This document shows, one piece after another, positions 58,490 to 64,000 of a DNA stretch of 64,000 nucleotides (the stretch's first letter is position 1; each line of letters opens with the position of its first letter). A model generated the notes under the pieces. The model worked only from the letters and a program-made list of their open reading frames with translations. It had not been told where the DNA came from and ran no database searches. The DNA lies in NCBI GenBank assembly GCA_050014835.1, contig JBEKCO010000010.1, positions 2,927 through 66,926 on the forward strand. Direction: 5' to 3'. A program made the position numbers and the translations under genes. The stretch is from Acidimicrobiales bacterium. Lineage in GTDB: Bacteria; Actinomycetota; Acidimicrobiia; Acidimicrobiales; Bog-793.

Positions 58490-60196
58490 TTACGAGGAGC
58501 TGACCAACTCCCTCGGCGTCGGGCGGGCTCGCGGGTACTTCGGTCGCAGCAGGAACGCGCCGATGGCGACGAGTGCGGCACAGGCGAAGGCGACGAGGAC
58601 GCTGTTGGCGGACTTGATCTCGTTGATGAACACGTGACCCCCGGTGAGCCCGAGGAAGCAGGCGACCGCCGACACACCGATGATGACCTTGCGCGTCAGC
58701 CCGACGGCGACGGGGGCGAGGAAGACGAAGCTCCACGACAGGTACCAGAGCTGGACGACCGGGCCGAGGACGACGACGGCGAACAGGCTCCAGCCGAGCG
58801 CCTGCAACGACCCGACCCGTTCCGAGTTCACGAGCAGCCAGAGCCCGATCAGCCCGGCGATGCAGGCCGCCGTTCCCCGGACGACGGTGAGGATCACGTG
58901 CACGTGGTGCCCGAAGCCGAGCACGGCGACGAGGTGACCGAGCACGAGCGCAATCCCCGTCGCCGGGTCGAGCCAGGACCGCACGGTGTCCGGTTCCGTC
59001 AGGCCCCCGATCCAACCCCACCCGAGGTTCGCCGCCTCGGAGATGCAGACCATCGTCCCGACGGCGATGAGCAACGCCGTCACCACGGGCCGGACCCGTT
59101 CCCGGATACTGCGCCCCGGCCCGAGCCACTCCCATCCGATGTAGACGGCACCGATGAGCGCGGGGACCTTCACCGCCGCGGCGAGGCCGCAGATCACGAT
59201 GCCGACGACGGGTCGGTGCCTCCGACAGAAGGCGTACCCGGCGGCGAGGAGACCGACCATGAGCGCGTCGTTGTGCGCCCCCCCGACGAGGTTGAGCAGA
59301 ACGAGCGGGTTCAAGGCGGCGAGCACGAACGCCGTCGCGGGGTCCCGGCCGAACGACCGGGCGATCGACGGGACGGCGACGGCGAACAGGATCACTCCGA
59401 CGAGGGCGAGCAGGCGCAGACCGACGACGGAGAGCAGGAGGTCGTGGTGCGCGACCGTGACGATCCAGCCGTCGACGACGAGGAAGAACGGGCCGTACGG
59501 AGAAGAGGAGTTGATCCAGAGCCGGTCGACGAGATGCGAGAACGGCGTCGCGCCGAGCACGCCCGTGCCATACAGGTACGGGTTGATCCCGTGCGACATC
59601 ATCTCGCCCTGGGCGGCGTAGGCGTAGACGTCCTTGCTGAAAAGCGGCGCGACGACGAGCAGCGGAAGCACCCAGGCGACGAAGACCGGGGCGAGACGGA
59701 TGACCGGGAAGCCCGGGTGTTCCGACGTCAGCTTGAAGATGTCGTACCAGGCGCGGATCAGCAGCACCATGCCGCCGTAGACGGCGACGACTCCGAGGAA
59801 CAGCCACTGCCCGGGAGCCGGGGTGTAGCCCTGCACGAGCGCCGGGGCCGGGATCCCGAAGTACCAGGAATCGGGGAGCTTCGACGTGAACGGGGAGTTC
59901 GGCTGCGTCGCGCCGAGGAAGATGGCCGTCGTGGCGACGAAGCCCATGATCGCGGGGCGGGCGAGCGACCACCCGAGCTTCGTCTCCCCGGGCACGTAGG
60001 GCTCGACCGTCCGCGCCGGTCCACGCCAGCGGTCGAACTGGGAGTCGAGCCACCGCCAGGCCGCCCGCGCGCGCTCACGACCCGCGGGCCCGACGAGCGA
60101 GGTCACGAGTAGCTGGAGACGCAGGCGCAAACCTTTGGCCCGGTCCTCCTCGGATGGCGCGGTCGCGGTCTGCCGACCGAGTTGACCCGTCGACAC
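58490..60196 (-). CDS. polytopic GT-C membrane protein, MptA/MptB-like (polyprenol-phosphate-mannose-dependent alpha-1,6-mannosyltransferase candidate)
   Basis: 568 aa with more than 12 hydrophobic segments. The first periplasmic-loop motif, PLFSKDVYAYAAQGEMMSHGINPYLYG, resembles the S.DVYSY...G......NPY signature I recall for the MptA/MptB family. Confidence 0.6.
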   Translation of the reverse strand: MSTGQLGRQTATAPSEEDRAKGLRLRLQLLVTSLVGPAGRERARAAWRWLDSQFDRWRGPARTVEPYVPGETKLGWSLARPAIMGFVATTAIFLGATQPNSPFTSKLPDSWYFGIPAPALVQGYTPAPGQWLFLGVVAVYGGMVLLIRAWYDIFKLTSEHPGFPVIRLAPVFVAWVLPLLVVAPLFSKDVYAYAAQGEMMSHGINPYLYGTGVLGATPFSHLVDRLWINSSSPYGPFFLVVDGWIVTVAHHDLLLSVVGLRLLALVGVILFAVAVPSIARSFGRDPATAFVLAALNPLVLLNLVGGAHNDALMVGLLAAGYAFCRRHRPVVGIVICGLAAAVKVPALIGAVYIGWEWLGPGRSIRERVRPVVTALLIAVGTMVCISEAANLGWGWIGGLTEPDTVRSWLDPATGIALVLGHLVAVLGFGHHVHVILTVVRGTAACIAGLIGLWLLVNSERVGSLQALGWSLFAVVVLGPVVQLWYLSWSFVFLAPVAVGLTRKVIIGVSAVACFLGLTGGHVFINEIKSANSVLVAFACAALVAIGAFLLRPKYPRARPTPRELVSSS

Positions 60197-60372
60197 TCCC
60201 GGAGCCTACCGACTCGTCCGGTGCCGATACAGGGGCCGGCCGACTAGGGCGGCGGTCGCCCGGCCAGACGCGCTGGGATACGGTTCCGGCGTGACGTCGC
60301 GAGCCCTCCGGTCAGCGCTCCGCCCGGTGCGGCCGGAGACTTGCTCGCCGCTCGGCGCCAGCTAAGACACCG

Positions 60373-63003
60373 GTGCGAGACACGCGCCTGACCCGCGGCG
60401 ACTGGATCGCGCTCGCGATCCTCGTCGGGATCCCCCTCGTCGGCTTCTCCGTCCCCGCCGCGCTCGGCTACCCGTTGCTCACCGGCGATTCCGTCATCCA
60501 GAACTACCCGCTGCGGGTGCTCGCCGGCGAGATCATCCGCCACGGCCACCTTCCCGTCTACGACCCCTACGCCTGGGCAGGGACGCCGCTCCTCGCCTCG
60601 TCGAACGCCGGTTCCGCCTTCCCCGACATCTTTTTCTTCGCGATCTTCCCGCCGCTCGTCGCCTGGGTCGCCACCGAGGTCGCCGCCTTCGGTGCCGCCG
60701 CGGTCGGGCTCTACACGTTCCTCCGCTTCAGCCGCCTCGGGCCGTTGTGCGCCGCGCTCGGCGGCGCGACGTTCGGGCTCGCCGGCTTCGTCACCTCGCA
60801 GGCCGTCCACCTCGACGTCGTCGAGACCGCGGCGTCGATCGCCTGGGTGCTCGTCGCCGTCGAGCGCATCGCCCGCGGGCCGGAACGGCACCGTCTGGCC
60901 TGGACGGCGTTGCTCGGCGCCGCGACCGCCGCGACGCTGCTCGCCGGGAGCCCCGAGGCGGGCGTCTACGCCGCCCTCGCGGCCGTGATCTACGCGGTCT
61001 CACTCGTCGTGCACTCGCCGAGGCGCGCTCGCACCGCCGCGCTGTACGCCCTCGGCGGTGTGGCGGGGGCGCTCATCGGGGCGGTGCAGGTCCTGCCGAC
61101 CGCCCGATTCGTCGCCGTCTCGCAGCGCGCCCACGTCGCGTTCAAGTTCCTCGTCTCGGGCGAGCTGCGGCTCGCGCAGCTCCCCCTGCTCCTCGTGCCG
61201 CACCTCCTCGGGGGCGGGCCGATCGGCCTCGCCAAGTACGTCGGGAGCTACAACCTCGGCGAGATCGACGCCTATCCCGGTGTCCTCGCCCTCGTCGCCG
61301 TCGTCGCGCTGGCTTGGCGGTGGCGTTCGCCCCGGGCGTCGGCGATCCGCGTCTGGTACCTGATCGGGGCGGTCGGACTGGTCATCGCCGTAGGCTCGGT
61401 GACGCCGCTCCCCCACCTGCTCCAGCGCATCCCGATCATGGACGTGAGCCGGCTCCCGAGTCGCGCCCTTCTCCTCGTCGCGCTGGCCTGCTCGGTCCTT
61501 GTCGCCTACTGGGCCGCGGAGTTCCTCGACCCCGGGAGCGCGCTCCCGCCGCGAAGGGCCCCGGAGCCCGGCTCGCGGCGCGCCTCGTGGGAGAGGTACA
61601 CGCCGTTCGCCGTCCCCGGCCTGATCCTCGCCCTCGTCGCCGCCGTCGCCATCGGCGGCAAGACGGTCGCCCGCGCCTTCGGCAAGCAGTCGCTCGGGCC
61701 GTGGACCGTCGCGCGGGTGGCCCCGTACCTCGCGGTCGCCGCGGTGATCGCCTGCGCCGCGGCGTGGCTCCTCTTCGCCGGCCCCCGTCTCGCCCGGCGC
61801 AAGCGGGTGATCGCCCTCGTCTGTTTGGCGGTCGTCGACCTCCTCGTGTTCAGCGCGAACCAGAGCTCGCTCGCGCCGGTGCGGGTGGGTGAGCTCGGCC
61901 CGCCGCACCAGCTCGAGCGCGAGCTCGCCAGGGCCGTCGGCGCGAACGGACGCTTCCTCGTCGTCGACCACTTCCGCGTCGGGGGCGTGGAGCTGAACGA
62001 CATCGGCGCGCCGAACCTCAACGTCTTCACGAAGATCCCGAGCGTCCAGGGCTACGGGTCGCTCACCTGGGGCGCCTACGCGGACGCGACCGGGACGCAC
62101 GGTCAGAACCGTGCCGCGCCGGCGGCGTTCGCGACCGACGTCTTCGACTCGCTCGACGTCCGGGCGCTGCTCGTCCTGCCCTGGGCGTTCCGGACCGACG
62201 TCACGCCGGCGAACCCCGGACTCGTTTCGCTCGCGGCCTCGGCACCCACGACGCGCTACTTCGGCGGCACGGTCGACGTCACGTCGATCGAGATCTCGAC
62301 GAACTTCGGCGGGGCGCGATCGGTGCTCGGCTCCGAGGCGCGTGCCATCCGGCTCCTCGGCGCGCAAGGCCGGCACGCGCCCAGCCGCGTCGTCGTCGCC
62401 ACGAATCGCGCGACCGCGTACTTCGGCCGGGGGGTCGCGAGCGTCGGGCTCACCCTCGCCAGCGCCGGCGGCGGTCCGACCGCGCTCGCGGTGGCGGTGA
62501 CGACGGCGAAGGGCGCGGCCTTCTCGCCGACCGGCTTGCTCGCCGCCGACGTGACCCCACCGCACTGGAGGATCACCGGGTCGATCGGGGCCTACGAGCT
62601 CCTCACCGACACGCGGGCGTTCGGCCCGCTCACCGCGTTCTCGCCGTCCGGCGACGAGCGCGTCGCCGCCGCGATCCGGGTTGTCTCCTCGTCGCCGTGG
62701 ACGCCGACCGAGACGGTCGCCGTCGACGCCGCGCACCCCGTCCTCCTCGTCCGCAGCGTCGCCGACCTCCCCGGCTGGCACGCCACGGTGACCGAAGGGG
62801 GCCGCGTCGTCCGGACGACGCTGCAGCGGCACGGGGTCGTCCAAGCGATCGAGCTTCCCACCGGGAAGAGCATCGTCACGTTCGAGTACTCGCCGCCCTG
62901 GCTCCGGACCGGCCTCGTGCTCGCGGCCGCCGGATGCGCCCTCCTCGTCGCCCTCGTGCTCGCCGACGTCTTTCGCGCCCGGCGCCGCGAAAACACGGTC
63001 TGA
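60373..63003 (+). CDS. large polytopic membrane protein, YfhO-like (GT-C-type glycosyltransferase candidate)
   Basis: 876 aa. The N-terminal half has many TM segments (…QNYPLRVLAGEIIRHGHLPVYDPYAWAGTPLLASSNAGSAFPDIFFFAIFP…). The soluble C-terminal half is followed by a final TM (LVLAAAGCALLVALVLADVF). It is a paralogue of the partial gene at 1..1366. Confidence 0.6.
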   Translation: MRDTRLTRGDWIALAILVGIPLVGFSVPAALGYPLLTGDSVIQNYPLRVLAGEIIRHGHLPVYDPYAWAGTPLLASSNAGSAFPDIFFFAIFPPLVAWVATEVAAFGAAAVGLYTFLRFSRLGPLCAALGGATFGLAGFVTSQAVHLDVVETAASIAWVLVAVERIARGPERHRLAWTALLGAATAATLLAGSPEAGVYAALAAVIYAVSLVVHSPRRARTAALYALGGVAGALIGAVQVLPTARFVAVSQRAHVAFKFLVSGELRLAQLPLLLVPHLLGGGPIGLAKYVGSYNLGEIDAYPGVLALVAVVALAWRWRSPRASAIRVWYLIGAVGLVIAVGSVTPLPHLLQRIPIMDVSRLPSRALLLVALACSVLVAYWAAEFLDPGSALPPRRAPEPGSRRASWERYTPFAVPGLILALVAAVAIGGKTVARAFGKQSLGPWTVARVAPYLAVAAVIACAAAWLLFAGPRLARRKRVIALVCLAVVDLLVFSANQSSLAPVRVGELGPPHQLERELARAVGANGRFLVVDHFRVGGVELNDIGAPNLNVFTKIPSVQGYGSLTWGAYADATGTHGQNRAAPAAFATDVFDSLDVRALLVLPWAFRTDVTPANPGLVSLAASAPTTRYFGGTVDVTSIEISTNFGGARSVLGSEARAIRLLGAQGRHAPSRVVVATNRATAYFGRGVASVGLTLASAGGGPTALAVAVTTAKGAAFSPTGLLAADVTPPHWRITGSIGAYELLTDTRAFGPLTAFSPSGDERVAAAIRVVSSSPWTPTETVAVDAAHPVLLVRSVADLPGWHATVTEGGRVVRTTLQRHGVVQAIELPTGKSIVTFEYSPPWLRTGLVLAAAGCALLVALVLADVFRARRRENTV

Positions 63004-63058
63004 GGCGCGGGGCGTCGCGCGGCCGGGCCGGGCCGGGCCGCGCCGGGCGGTCGGACGT

Positions 63059-63832
63059 TCAGCCCGCGGGGGTCGACCTCCTCCAACGCAGGGCATCCCA
63101 GCCGTGCTGGAAGGGCTGGTCGAGCAGGAAGAGCAGCACGAGCGCGACGCCGGCCGCGCTGACGACGTACCACGGCCACGGGCCGAGCAGCCTCAGCACG
63201 GTCCACTCCCCGGGGGGTCGCCGCAGGAACATGTAGTTCGCGCCCGTCACTCCGTCGACGAGCCCGACGAACGCCGTGTAGCCGGCGGCGATCGTGAACA
63301 CCCGGACGACGGCGCCGGGGCGGGGCCGGAGGCGCATGCCGACGACGAGGAAGAACGCGGCGAGCACGATCCCGACGTGACCGACGAGGTACTCGAAGAA
63401 CACGAGGTGGGGGAAGGCGACGCTGAGATCGGGGGTGAGCACGGCCTGCAGCGTCCCGGCGAGACCGACGAAGTAGGTCAGCTCGACGAGGAGCGGGATC
63501 CGCCACCAGCAGGCGACGGCGGCGACGACCACCCCCGCGTTGCATAGCGCGAGCGGCAATGAGGTGTCGGCCGTCCAGGTCTTCGCCACGACGAGCCCGA
63601 TGGAGTACGCGACGATGTCCGCCCCGAGCGCCAGGCCGATGAGGCGGGCGACGACGATTCGCCACCGGCCCTCGTGGCGCCGGGCGGCGAGACACAACGA
63701 CCCGCAGAGGACCGCGCCCAGCCCGACGGTGATCCAGTAGGCCGCGGGCGAGACGACGGCGAGCACCTTCCAATCCTGCCGCGGTCCGTCGCCACGGATC
63801 CGTCGAGGCGCGTCCGCGGTGATCGGGAACAT
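63059..63832 (-). CDS. integral membrane protein, TIGR02206/YwaF (TMEM164-like) family candidate
   Basis: Motifs LPLALCN, TLQAVLTPDL, FPHLVFFEYLVGHVGIVLAAFFLV and NYMFLRRPP...LLGPWPWY match my recollection of the family. The start is ATG 63832 (MFPITADAP...) or ATG 63916. Confidence 0.5.
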   Translation of the reverse strand: MFPITADAPRRIRGDGPRQDWKVLAVVSPAAYWITVGLGAVLCGSLCLAARRHEGRWRIVVARLIGLALGADIVAYSIGLVVAKTWTADTSLPLALCNAGVVVAAVACWWRIPLLVELTYFVGLAGTLQAVLTPDLSVAFPHLVFFEYLVGHVGIVLAAFFLVVGMRLRPRPGAVVRVFTIAAGYTAFVGLVDGVTGANYMFLRRPPGEWTVLRLLGPWPWYVVSAAGVALVLLFLLDQPFQHGWDALRWRRSTPAG

Positions 63833-64000
63833 TCGCGCCGGAGGCGTTGTTGGACTCCTCGGGTCGAGAAAAGACCCGGTGGGGGTCAGCGACTGCGGCT
63901 GGTACCGACCCCCCATCCGAAGGACGAGCTTGGGGGTTGCCCGACATCGTGTCCGGGCAGGCCTCAGGGGCAGGCAGACCGCACGCCTCCGGGTGTTGCG

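Overview
Very GC-rich actinobacterial-type chromosome segment; third codon positions are almost always G or C, and long antisense ORFs are artefacts. Nearly all of it is the conserved translation and transcription core on the minus strand. In order along that strand: tRNA-Thr/Met, rpmG, tRNA-Trp, secE-nusG, rplKA, rplJL, rpoBC, rpsL-rpsG-fusA-tuf, and the S10/spc/alpha ribosomal-protein run through rplQ-truA. After a gap come rplM-rpsI-glmM-glmS-acpS-nnr-alr, a UDG, tsaE-tsaB-rimI-tsaD, groES-groEL, a Nudix gene and guaB3. This order matches the well-known Mycobacterium arrangement. Many true starts are GTG/TTG codons inside the longest ORFs, often in 4-nt start/stop overlaps.

Non-core material:
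- About 6.5 kb in the rplM-truA gap encodes two paralogous GT4-type glycosyltransferases (one a fused two-domain enzyme), a SAM methyltransferase with an N-terminal coiled coil, a stand-alone paralogue of that coiled coil, a DUF5808-like peptide and an orphan gene. No exporter or priming enzyme is visible.
- Three polytopic GT-C-like membrane proteins (MptB-like, plus two YfhO-like paralogues) and a TIGR02206-type membrane protein lie at the window ends.

Other anomalies:
- rpoC lacks the universal LIPAGTG motif and changes frame about 90 codons before its end.
- A 262-nt structured spacer sits between rpsJ and rplC, while tuf and rpsJ are only 7 nt apart.
- infA probably starts at CTG.
- L22 has a long Lys/Ala/Pro repeat tail.

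No CRISPR array, transposase or integrase was seen.
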